Shown: one piece after another, positions 1 through 11,451 of the stretch
Position numbering within the stretch: the stretch's first letter is position 1
How the letters are laid out: the number at the start of each line of letters is the position of its first letter
Origin: Mobula hypostoma
Taxonomy: Eukaryota
Direction: 5' to 3'
Assembly (NCBI RefSeq): GCF_963921235.1
Contig: NC_086097.1
Coordinates: 78,804,001 to 78,868,000, forward strand
DNA: 64,000 nt
Position numbers and translations under genes: made by a program
The notes under the pieces: model-generated
The model's input: the letters and a program-made list of their open reading frames with translations, nothing else
The model's database searches: none
Told to the model about the DNA's origin: nothing

Positions 1-1240
1 CAGGAGACTTCCTACCAGACTGCTCCCGGTCTACCTTATCCTTCTCACTAGTCCCCGGCTTACTTTCTGACTTTTCTGGCGGACTCTCCCCGCTGTCCTG
101 ACATCCCTTCTGGTAGCCTTTACTCGGGGAAAACTTCATTTTATGCGTCAACGCATACTCATCCGCTAACTTAGCAGTTGCGGCTAACGTGGCTGCCTCT
201 TTCTCATCCAGGTAGGATCTCATACCCTCAGGGACACAACCTTTAAACTGCTCAATCAGGATCAGTTGTAGCAGTCTGTCATAATCCCCCTCTACCCCCT
301 TCGAGGTGCACCAACGCTCACAATATGTCTGCATCTCACGGGCAAACTCTAAATACGTGCGGTCCCACTGCTTCCTCGCATTCCGGAACCTCTGCCGGTA
401 TACCTCCGGGACCAACTCATAAATCCTGAGGATGGCCTCTCTCACCACCTCATACCTCTGGGCATGTTCCGCGGACAAAGCTGAGTAAGCTTGTTGGGCT
501 TTTCCTTTCAGTACACTCTGAAGCAAAACAGCCCACTTATCCCTCAGCCAGTCCTGACTTGTAGCAACTTTTTCGAAATGGAGAAAGTACCAATCCATGT
601 TGGTATCGTCAAATGGGGGAACCAGCCTAACCTCCTGGGTCACCCGGAACCCTCCACCTTGGTTCGGCACGGGCCCCTGCTCTGCCCTTATCCTTAACTT
701 CTCCAGCTCAAATTCCCTTTCCCTCTGTTTCTCCTCTCACTCCAACTGTCTCTCTCTCTCTCTCTCCTGCCTTTCTAACTCTTTCTCTTTCTCCTGCCTT
801 TCTAACTGTTTCTCTTTCTCCCGCCTTTCTAACTCTCTCTCTTTCTCCTGCCTTTCTAGTTCTCTCTCTTTCTCCTGCCTTTCTAATTCTCTCTCTTTCT
901 CCTGCCTTTCTAACTCTCTCTCTTTCTCCCGCCTTTCTAACTGCTTCTCTTCGTGTTCTAACTGCCGTACCCGGAACTCGTGCTCGAGTCTCAGTTTTTC
1001 AAGCTGCACCTGTACCGCGTCTCCAGCAGGTTTTTCAATAGACACCACCTCCAGCTCGCCTTGGGGAAACACACCTTTTGATACATAGTGCTCTACGATA
1101 GCTCTGTGTATCTCCTCTCTCCTCATTGTCGACTTCCCCTTAGCAAGATTCAACCGTTTGGCCACAGCTACCAATTCCGATTTCCTGGCATCCTCTAATG
1201 CCTCCAAGGTCGGCGCCTTTATAATTTCTTCAGCCTCCAT
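1..1240 (-). pseudogene. gag: Gag with SCAN-like domain; premature TGA at 737-739
   Basis: ORF 737..1240 continues in frame past the stop: QLE*EEKQREREF...WAVLLQSVLKGKAQQAYSAL...YELVPEVYRQRFR...LILIEQFKGCVPE...AKLADEY. Confidence 0.85.
755..950 (-). repeat. In-frame 30-bp tandem repeat encoding (ERQEKERELE)n coiled coil in gag
   Basis: Repeated ctttctcctgcctttctaactctctct units; visible in the ORF translation. Confidence 0.85.
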
Positions 1241-1315
1241 TTCTGCTGTTTGTCTTTTCTTTCTTTCGGGAATTTTGACCCAATCAATTTACTCCGTCCC
1301 AAATTTAGCATTCAA

Positions 1316-1335
1316 AATCGCGGACGAGAACCCCA
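1316..1335 (-). promoter_or_regulatory. Primer-binding site resembling the tRNA-Pro 3' end
   Basis: Minus strand reads TGGGGTTCTCGTCCGCGATT 4 nt after the LTR end; canonical tRNA-Pro PBS is TGGGGGCTCGTCCGGGAT. Confidence 0.75.
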
Positions 1336-1339
1336 CTTA

Positions 1340-2210
1340 TGTTACGTACCCCGTAACTGGGATGCCAAACCAGCAGAAATGGATCACTCAGTTGGAGTCT
1401 GGATTACTAGAACTAAGAAAGTTTTATTAAAGAAACAGGCAACACAGTACTCTACAAAAGGATAATAAATGCAACAGTTCAGCAATGATAAACATACATG
1501 TATACAGAATTAAGATAACAGGATCAATCAAGCTCTATCGTTGTCTAGGGGTAAATGACCAGTTTCAAAGTGACGCAAAGTTCAGTTCAATTTAGTTCAG
1601 TTCAGTTCGCAGACAGTGGGGGGAAGGAGAGAGAGAGCAAAACGAATGAATATTCAAACGGCTTCCACACACAAACCTTCACAGTCAGCTTTCGGGCGAG
1701 CCCTTTGTGATGTCACCTGAGGTCACTGACCGTGACCCCTCCGTTTCCAGATACGATCGTTTCCCTGCAGTGAACCTGGCACCCAGGCAAGGGTGCACAC
1801 ACACCAGGTTCCCGCCGATCGTGCCTTTCCACCCTGTGCGTCTATGGCCTGGTCTCGCAACCGGCCTTCCAAAACTTCCCACCGACTTATGAGAGACGCA
1901 GCACTCCGGGGTCTCGTTATCTCGGGTGTTGTGTGTGTCCTGCCTTAGCGAACCTGTCCCTTTTTATCCCCCTGCTGGGGTATCGCCTGTCCATCACTTC
2001 AAACAGTTCGGGGTTCAAAGGGGGAGCCGATCTTGACAGCTCTCTCCTTCTGTTTCTCTCTCTCCCGTCCCTTCATTACACATCTCCAAATGCTGCTCGA
2101 TTGTTTTCCTTATCTCTCTCTCTCCTGAAGACAGGTGGCAGACCAACTACTGATTCCACTGGTTCCAGCACAGGACAGCTACATCTTAATCTATGTGTAT
2201 TCTTGTCACA
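1340..2210 (-). repeat. 5' LTR (about 870 bp)
   Basis: Minus-strand termini TGTGACA...GTAACA; AATAAA at 1428-1423; followed directly by the PBS. Confidence 0.8.
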
Positions 2211-2564
2211 ATGATCATCTAGTATATTAGCAAAATTACTTCTTTCTGTAGCAATCTCCTTTATTAACTTTACAACTGCCTGACATTGATTTTTAACTGA
2301 GATGCCATACTGCCTTCGGTTTAGCTATTAAATGTGCCTTTGCTCTGTCTTTAGTGGTACAGGTCATGGTGGTTTGGAGAGTGATGTTGGATTAGCATGG
2401 CCTGATTATGCACTTATTAATAATGGATATTATTTATGAAAAATTAATAAATATCCGTTAATTTTTAAAGTTCCCAATTTTTAAAAATGGTCAATCACTT
2501 CCATGGAGCTAGTTACACTTAATATGTTAGTTATTTTCAACAAAGAAAAGCTGATGACTAAACA

Positions 2565-3745
2565 AAAGAGACTCTGCAGTTGCTGAAAATCCAGAGCAAC
2601 ACACACAAAATGTTAGATGAACCCAGCAGGTCAGGCACTATCTATGGAGGGAATATACAGTTAATGTCTTGGGCTGAGACCCTTCATCAAGACTGGAAAA
2701 GAAAGGGGGAAGAATCCAGAATAACAGAGATATAGTTTCCTTTGTCCTTACCTACCACCCATCAGCCTTCATGTCCAGCACATTATGCTCTGTAACTTCT
2801 GCCATCTTTAGTGAGATCCTACCACCCTCCCCCCAGCTCCCACTCACCACTTTCCTCAGGGATTGCTCTCTACATGACTCCCTTGTCCATTTGTTCCTCC
2901 CCACTGATCCCCGCAAGTAGGGTAAGTACTTGCGGGGATCAGTGGGGAGGAACAAATGGACAAGGGAGTCATGTAGAGAGCAATCCCTGAGGATTCTTCT
3001 CCTCCCTCATCTCCTCCCTCACCACCACCATTCAGGGCCCCAAACAATCCATCCAGATGAGGCAACGCTTCATCTGCAAGTCTGTAGGGATAATCTACTG
3101 TACCTGGCACTCCCAGTGTGGCCTCCTCTACATCAGCGAGACTTGACTTAGATTGGGAGACCACTTCATCAAACACCTTCGCTCTGTCCACCACAACAGG
3201 CAGAACTTCCTGGTGGCCACCCATTTTAATTCTACTTCCCATTCCCTTTCAACATGTCACTCAATGACCTCCTCTACTGCTACAATGTGGCCTCTGTCAG
3301 GTTGGAAGATGAACACCTCATAATCCATCTCGGCAGCCTCCAACCTAACAACATGAACACCAATTGCCCTAACTTCCGGTAATTTCACCCCCCATCCCCC
3401 TTCACTCTTTTTACATTACCCATTCTGGCTCTAGGCTTACCCATTCTCTTTTCTCTTTACCTGCCCATCACCTCCCTCAGGTACCCTTCTCCTTTCCCTT
3501 TCCTCCATGGTCCACTCTCCTATCAGATTCTTTCTTCTTCAGCCCTTTACCTTTTCTACCTATCACCCCGCCCTCATCTGGTCTCATCTATCACCTGCTT
3601 ACTTATACTCCTCCCCCCCCCTCCTTATTCTGGCTTCTTCCACCTTCATTTTCAGTCCTGATGAATGATTTTGGCCTGGAACATTGATTGTTCATTCTCC
3701 TCTATAGATGCTGCCTGACCTGCTGAGTTCCTTCAGCATTTTGCA
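2565..3745 (+). mobile_element. Penelope-like element remnant: inverted 5' pseudo-LTR, GIY-YIG region, 3' pseudo-LTR
   Basis: Plus-strand sequence is homologous to the GIY-YIG region of 7905-8198. Terminal pLTR modules lie in opposite orientations with degenerate hammerhead motifs at 2658-2695 (-) and 3653-3690 (+). Confidence 0.8.
2853..2993. repeat. Perfect inverted repeat, 67-bp arms, 7-nt loop
   Basis: 2853-2919 is the exact reverse complement of 2927-2993; loop gggtaag. Confidence 0.97.
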
Positions 3746-6219
3746 ACTGGTGGTTAAATCCCTTTTAATTTTAGAGTTTTGTAAAGGAGCAGATTAATTG
3801 CCTAAAAAATTACTCATGCTAAAATGATCCCATAAAAGTCATCACTATAATATGGAAATTATTGGGAGGGAGTTCAAGCAAACATAATTTAAAAATACAA
3901 AGCTCAAGCTTTGTGCAGCTATTTGTTAAATTTTGCACATTTTCCATGGTCCATTTCCTAAACAGTGTAGCACTCTGCCTAAATGTATCTTCAGTCAGTG
4001 CAGTCCCATTGCTTATTAGAGTGCAAGCTAGCTCCCTTAAGATGACTGCACGTGCATAGTCCTTCATTCTGATTGAGGGGTTATTTACACAATAGGAGCA
4101 ATTGTGCACAATTAAAATCAGTGGCAGGTGTCACAAAAATGTCCAGTACCAATGTACTTTGTATTTCAGGTCCATGACATTAAGGAGTCACGAAACTCTG
4201 CAAGGTCTGCAGAGGAAGGGTGTAAGGGATAAGAATAATTTCAGATTCAGAGAAACACATAAAGATAATGTAGACCATTATGAGTATTCACTCAAGCTAT
4301 AGTATTGACGAGTATGATCAACGACTGCCTGCAGAAATTATTGATTTATGGTTGACACAGAGAAGTACAGGTAAGTTACAACAAGAAATAGGTCAGAAAG
4401 TGTGTGGTTGGTTTTCCAAACAGGCAAATAATTCTTTCACACCTACATGTCCTCTAAGATACTATTCTCTTTTTATTCATCTGACAGTCTTCAACATTCA
4501 TAAGCTTCTACGTCACCCACTAACCAAGTAAATTCCACATCCTTCTGCAAAATGCCACTAAATTCCAATAATCTGCACACTCAGGACTTAAATGGTGCCA
4601 GGACAGCAGATTTGCAGGATTTTTGAATTTTATTCCTAATTATTACGCACACATTTAATTCACTTTTTTTAAAGCTGTCACAGAATAATACAGTAATGTA
4701 ATATATTTTCCAATGAACCAAGTGAGTTTACAGAGAGAGAGGAAATTAATCTCTGGCAGTCTAAAAGGAGCATGGGAATCAGCATACAGTGAGCCAAATG
4801 CCAAAGCATCAGAATTCCCAAACAATTGGATAGTAGATTCTAGGTGTTTTACTAGTAGATCTCTTTCAAACCCTTCATTCTAAATCTTTTACATTTAATC
4901 TTCTGCCGAGGGCCCATCCATTATGATTCTTTAACTCAAGGCGTACAAATTTGCATTTAGTCAGCAATATAAGGAGCCCAGGTCAGTTGGCCTCTGGTGG
5001 CAATACTCGATTACGCACAAGACCCAGGGTATTATATGTGATATAATAAGCTTTACACATAAAAAATTCAGAAGGATCTCTCCTCCGCTAATTCCATCAC
5101 TGCAGTGCTAGCGGAAGATATCAGGTGACCAGTCAATTGTTTGGATGGGAGAGCTGATAGAGGACCCGCGTGTTAAGAGACTGTTGTGACAGGGTTGTTA
5201 AGGAAAGGCACAACATAGTGACAAGGGGCATGACTGAATAGAAGGGAACACTGAGAGATAAAAATAAGCTAAATAATGCCAAGGGAAGTGCATCTGGAGT
5301 CAGAAATGCAGTTAAGCTTTCTTTCAGGGAGGGGAACGTTTAGGGAGGTGGTTAGAGTTCTGAAATATGATAATGGTGCTGGGCTAGTGGGGGTGAATTA
5401 GCCAGTAATCAGAGATCCCAGAGAGATCAATAAGATGAGGGAGTGGTGGGGGGGGGTCAGCTCTGAGAACAAACACCAAATCAGGTGTTTAAAGTGGACA
5501 CCTTGGACTCCTCACTTATGACCCAGGGAAGTATGGTCCCCTTTAACTCTTGTTGTGGGACATGACTCACACGTTAACGCTCACTTTGGTATGATTGACT
5601 TGTACTGTTAAGGGCTTTGAGGTAGCAAATTAATTTTGCATTAGAAATGAAATTCAAACATCACAAAATATTTGATAATACTGCATTTGCCCAAGAATCT
5701 CTGTACTTGAGTTCACACAATGCATAGAAGAGCCAAAACTTTTTTTTAGATTATGCTATACATTGACCTAAATTATTTAGAAACTGTTTAAAATTACTTG
5801 GCATGGTGTCATTACCAAATTTGAAACAACTCCATATCATATTTTCCATAATTTAAACAAATAAGCTATACCATCACATAAGCAGCTGCAAACATAAAAT
5901 TTTAAATTTTTCTTCATGTCTGGCTAATCTAGACCAGTTGAACAACTTGGATTGGATTTCCGCAAATAAGGGTGCCGAAAGTAAACAGGTGTACGTGCTG
6001 AGCAATGAAGAGAGAGAAATGAAAAAACTGGCAAATAGAAAATGCAGTTACAAATTAGACAACAGAGGCTTTTATCCAAAGACACACACCTGAAGGAAAT
6101 GAGTTAGAATTTAAACAGTGAAACTAAAGTCAGTGTTTTGTGTTCAAAAAATAATTTATTTGTTCCACTATCAGTATTTTGTGTCTTGTGTACAAATATG
6201 TAATAGCAAACATTATAAC

Positions 6220-6652
6220 CCTTACTTTTGGCCAAAAGGTGACAAGGTGTGACTAAGAAATAAGGTGATAATTGTCAGCTAATTCCATAACTTCATATAT
6301 CTTCAGAGTTTTTGTCTGGGTGGGATAGGTTTTTGTATTGCTTATGCCTGACATGACGAATAGTGCTTTAATGTTATGCTTGGAAGCGCCTCCCTTCTTA
6401 ATTAATCAAATTGTGAGGGGGGTTAGAGGGCTGTCAGAAATATTTCTTTGACACATGACTTCATCAAGAAAAGAAAAATGCTTGCTAAGTCGAATTTGAA
6501 AAGCACAAGTGATTAATCATTTTGCAGTGTATATAATAAATCAAATGACATGTATTTCCTCCCATGAAGGGCGCATGATATTGAGAAACAGCATTTTTAA
6601 AAAAGAAATCCTACTGTTAACTAGATTGTTCACATTTTGGCCGAAAGTAAGG
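6220..6652. mobile_element. Candidate old MITE / non-autonomous DNA transposon
   Basis: ccttacttttggccaaaaggtg (6220-6241) matches the reverse complement of 6631-6652 (ccttactttcggccaaaatgtg) at 20/22; no clear TSD. Confidence 0.45.
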
Positions 6653-7477
6653 AATGTGATGTGCAACACAAGGAATATAAATCTTACCTACATCGAGCAC
6701 TGACTCCAGATGGAACCCCGTGGAGCCAGAGCAAGTATAGTAGTTATTACTGTGGTTTTACTAATAAATATTTTCCCATTTTACCTTGTCCTTCATCATT
6801 TCAACCTGAATCTAGAATTTTGTGCTTACTCCCAATCTAACCGCATTGAACTCAATCACCTTAGACCAGAACATACTGTTTACAGCAGGAATCTCACACT
6901 TGATGTTGTATTATAAAATAAGCTTTTGTGTCTTCATGTTTGTAAACTCTCTTCAAGCTATTTGCCCAGTTTTCAATTACTCAGGCATGTACACAGGTGG
7001 ATGCCAATGCTTTTTCCCAGCTGTTTCATTGGTAAGCCTTGTTCTGCACCCTATCCCTAAACATCACAAGTTACCTTACAAAGGTAGTGAGAGAAAATGC
7101 GGATAATAAACATCTAAATATCTTCAAGTTCCAAAACATTTAATCAAACAATTAAAAACTGAAAATCACCTGACACTTTGGAACATCCTCCATTGAGACT
7201 GTGAGGGGTTCCTCACATATCCTAAAGGTGTGCTGCTGAGTATTTGGTCACTGTAATTTACCCCAAACATTGGTGAGTGGCAGGGTAACAAGTAGAGAGC
7301 TGAGGGGCTTGTGAGAGGAAATAGGTTACGGAGATATGTGGGAGGAAGAGACGGGTGGAAATTGAGTGACAGCAGCATAGTATCAGAAAGAAAACAAGGT
7401 TTATTATAACTGATATATGTTGAAAATATGTTGTTTTACAGCAGCAGTACAGTGAAAAATATAAAGAATTATTATGC

Positions 7478-8498
7478 AAACAACAGGAATTCTGCAGATG
7501 CTGGAAATTCAAGCAACACACATCAAAGTTGCTGGTGAACGCAGCAGGCCAGGCAGCATCTGTAGGAAGAGGTGCAGTCGACGTTTCGGGCCGAGACCCT
7601 TCTTCAGGACTAACTGAAGGAAGACTGAGTAAGGGATTTGAAAGTTGGAGGGGGAGGAGGAGATCCAAAATGATAGGAGAAGACAGGAGGGGGAGGAATA
7701 GAGCCAAGAGCTGGACAGGTGATGGGCAAAAGGGATACGAGAGGATCATGGGACAGGAGGTCCGGGAAGAAAGACAAGGAGGGGGGGACCCAGAGGGTGG
7801 GCAAGAGGTATATTCAGAGGGACAGAGGGAGAAAAAGGACAGTGAGAAAAAGAATGTGTGCATAAAAATAAGTAACAGATGGGGTACGAGGGGGAGGTGG
7901 GGCCTTAGCGGAAGTTAGAGAAGTCGATATTCATGCCATCAGGTTGGAGGTTACCCAGATGGAATATAAGGTGTTGTTCCTCCAACCTGAGTGTGGCTTC
8001 ATCTTTACAGTAGAGGAGGCCGCGGATAGACATGTCAGAATGGGAATGGGATGTGGAATTAAAATGTGTGGCCACTGGGAGATCCTGCTTTCTCTGGCGG
8101 ACAGAGCGTAGATGTTCAGCAAAGCGGTCTCCCAGTCTGCGTCGGGTCTCGCCAATATATAAAAGGCCACATCGGGAGCACCGGACACAGTATATCACCC
8201 CAGTCGACTCACAGGTGAAGTGTTACCTCACCTGGAAGGACTGTTTGGGGCCCTGAATGGTGGTAAGGGAGGAAGTGTAAGGGCATGTGTAGCACTTGTT
8301 CCGCTTACACGGATAAGTGCCAGGAGGGAGATCAGTGGGGAGGGATGGGGGGGACGAATGGACAAGGGAGTTGCGTAGGGAGCGATCCCTGCGGAATGCA
8401 GAGGGGGGGAGGGAAAGATGTGCTTAGTGGTGGGATCCCGTTGGAGGTGGCAGAAATTACGGAGAATAATATGTTGGACCTGGAGGCTGGTGGGGTGG
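7478..8498 (-). mobile_element. Penelope-like element 3' fragment (Cys-rich linker, GIY-YIG endonuclease, pLTR)
   Basis: ORF 7905..8198: IYCVRCSRCGLLYIGETRRRLGDRFAEH...RLEEQHLIFHLGNLQPDGMN, a PLE GIY-YIG domain; hammerhead in the pLTR. Confidence 0.93.
7576..7611 (-). ncRNA. Minimal type-I hammerhead ribozyme, core intact
   Basis: AGUC-CUGAAGA-A-GGGU(CUCG)GCCC-GAAA-CG-UC-GACU: stem I AGUC/GACU, CUGANGA, stem II, GAAA, palindromic ACGU in place of helix III, GUC cleavage triplet. Confidence 0.85.
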
Positions 8499-8509
8499 TA
8501 CCTACATAT

Positions 8510-8794
8510 TATTCTCATATTGTTCACTTTCCTAAAGAGTTTACTTATTCAGAAATTCTTGAGTTTTGGGATCCATGGAAACTTGGCTTGCATGGATTCT
8601 GATTTGACTTGCCTACAGAAGGCAGAAAGCGGCAGTAGATGGAGTGCATTCCGCCTGGAAGTCAGTGACGAGTTGTGTTCTGCAGGGATCTGTTCTGAGA
8701 TCCCTGCTTGCTGCGATTTTTATAAATGACTTGGATGAGGAAGTGGTTTAGTAAGTTTGCAGAAGGTTGATGGTGTTGTGGATAGTGTAGGATG
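8510..8794 (+). mobile_element. CR1 LINE RT fragment (left part, interrupted by Gypsy)
   Basis: cagggatctgttctg...tttataaatgacttggatgagg...agtaagtttgcaga corresponds to the QGSVL / IND / SKFAD region. Confidence 0.7.
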
Positions 8795-11451
8795 GTCACA
8801 AATTAGTGGGGCAGGCCTGATTATTAAAAGGGGCCACACAGGTAATCCATATTCTGGCGAGCTAGAGTATCTAAACTCTGGGGGCTGGCACAGTCAGTTA
8901 ACAGGACACCTTCCCTACGGTTGACTCCTGGCATGATGGTGGTCATGGATGAGCATCACATCCAAGAAGTCTCTTTCCAGAACCCAGCACTGTTCCTTGG
9001 GTCCGAATCCTTCTCAGTTTATGAGGAGTTACAGAAAACCCTGGACAGTTCAAGAAAGCAGAATTCTTTTTCCAGTGAAGACCTGTTACCCATCAACACA
9101 CTTGGGTTGCAGCGGGACTGATGGTGGTGAGGCTAAAAGACTGATTTTACAGGTTTTAATTTTGAAATGTGGAAGGTGGAATTGATCTTGAGGGTCTTGG
9201 GGAGCTGCAAGGTGTTAGCCACCGGGTTTACTTTTTTGAGACCTTGAAGGGTCCAATGAACTTGGGTGCCAACTTCCTGGACTCCACCCGGAGAGGCAAA
9301 TCCTGAGTAGATAGCCAGACCTGTTGCCCAGTCTGCAAAGCTGGTCCCTGTCTTCTCTTGCAGTTAGCCTTCATTTCAGCCTTCTGGGTAGAGGCCAGCA
9401 AAATCTCCCCTGCCCTGCTCCAAATTCCTTGTAGCGTCAGACAAGATCTTCAGCCCCAGGAACCCCAACCTCAGTCTCTTGCTCAAGGAAGAATGGCAGA
9501 GAATACCCAAAATGGCATTCAAACAGGGATATCCTGTGTGCAGAATGCCATAAAGTATTGTGGCGACCTCTATCCAAATCAGATGGTCTTTCTGAGGCCA
9601 GGCACTTTAAGGTTCATTCCATATCCCAGCTCACCCGCTCTGTCTGGCAGTTGGACTGCCGGTGAAACCCGGAGGGAAAACTTGCTGTTGTTCCAGTCAG
9701 TGTACAGAATGCCCTCCAAAAACGTGATGCAAATTGAGGACTACAATCTGACAAAATTTCCACTGAAAATCCATGGATCCTGAAGACCTTGTGCAGGACA
9801 ATTTTGGCTGTCTCTGCTGCAAATGGTAGTTTGTCCAATGCAATGAGTTTGTAGGCCTTCAAAAAACAATCTACAAATACCATGATGATGGTCTTCCCCT
9901 TGGAAGCTGGAAGACCCGTGACAAAGTCCATGGAGAGGTGCGCTTATGGTCTGTCTGGAACAGGTGAAGGAGCCCTTGAGATTGGGTGCAGGGCTCCTAG
10001 CTCTGGGCGCACACCTCGCATGCCTGCACGTATTGTAGGACCTTCCCTCGCCATTCCAGGCCACCGGTATCTTCTCTCGATGAACTTGAGGGCCCTGGCT
10101 ATCTCTGGGTGAGTGGTCATTCTTGATGCGTGTCCCCATTGAAGTACCTGAGATCTGATGGAACTTGGGATGAACAGACAACCAAGAGGATTGTTTTTGG
10201 GAATCTCCCCTTGCGCCTGGGCCTTGCGAACAAGTGCATTGATGCCCCAATGAAATGGCGCTATTACCTTACCTTGGGGAAAAACGGTGGCAGGCTGCTC
10301 TTTTCTTTTGGTTTTGTCAAACTGACGGGACATGATATCTGGTTTCTGATTCTTTGACCCTGGTCAATAGGTCAGGATGAAATTGAAGTGTTTAAATAAA
10401 AGAGACCACCTGGCCTGCCTGGAATTCAGTCTTTTAGCCTTCTGAACATAAGTCAGGTTGTTGTGGTCTTGGCCCCCTCAAGCCAGTGACGCCATTCCTC
10501 CAAAGCCAGCTTGACCTCAAGCAGCTCTCTATTGCCAACGTTGTAGTTCACCGCTGGCAGGTGTTAGCCGCCTGGAGAAGAATGCACATGAATGCAGTTT
10601 ATTGTCCAAAGGTGTCCGTTGAGACAACACTACACCCACTCTGATGTCCGAGGTGTCCAACTCTACGATGAAGAGAAGTTAGGTGAAACCAAAATGGGAG
10701 CTGTTGTAAACCACTGTTTGAGTTCTGCGAAAGCACCCTCCACTTCAGTAGACCAAACCAAGGGCCCATTGATCTCTGAGTTAGTGCTGTCAGTGGAGTC
10801 ACCGCTCAGCTGAAGTTCCTGATGAACTTTCTGTAAAAGTTGGCAAATCCCAGGAATCATTGGCCTTGTTCCATATTGGATGGCTGTGGCCAGTCTTTGA
10901 CTGCTTGTGCCTTAGTGGGGTCCATCTTGAGATTGCCATGAGAGATGATAAAACCCAAAAATGAAATGATGTTTTTGTGAAATTCAGATTTCTTCAACTT
11001 GATATAAAGTCAGTGATCTAGAAGCCTCTTTAAGGTATTTCTGACGAGGACTTGAGAAGATTTGGATATTATCCGAGTAGACAAAGGCATACTTATGGAG
11101 AGCATCTGGATCACATCATTTATGAACCCTAAAAAACTGCTCTCACGTTCTCAAGGCCAAAGGGCATGACCAGGTACTCAGAGTCCCCTGTTGGTGTGTT
11201 GAATGCAGTATTCCACTCGTTGCCCTCCTTTATGAGGACCAGATTGTACACACTCCACAAGCTTCGAGAATACTCTTGCCCCTTGGAGAATCTTGGAAGC
11301 AGTGTTCATGAGTGGAAGGAGTTTAAGATTTTTGACTGTTATGCGATTCAGCCCAATATAATCAACACATGGCCACAGGCTCCTGTCCTTTTTCTATATA
11401 AAAAAGAAGCCTGCGCCAGTGAGTGAGGTGGAGGGCTGAAGAACCCCATGG

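Larger units (their letters stand above)
1..2210 (-). mobile_element. Ty3/Gypsy LTR retrotransposon, 5' part (Gmr1-like, SCAN-type gag); continues beyond the left edge
   Basis: Minus-strand order is LTR (2210->1340), PBS, then gag with a coiled-coil repeat and SCAN-like region running off position 1. Confidence 0.9.

Noticed and set aside
597..1088. Ser/Leu-rich 163-aa plus-strand ORF
   Set aside because: Antisense shadow of the repetitive gag region.
4274..4376. Possible host exon ending in CAG|GTAAGT
   Set aside because: Good donor site but no polypyrimidine acceptor, and the peptide is unrecognisable.
7258..7918. ORFs of 129-201 aa over pLTR sequence (similar ones near 31 kb, 38.8 kb, 41 kb and 56 kb)
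   Set aside because: Low-complexity purine/pyrimidine-skewed pLTR sequence gives spurious open frames.
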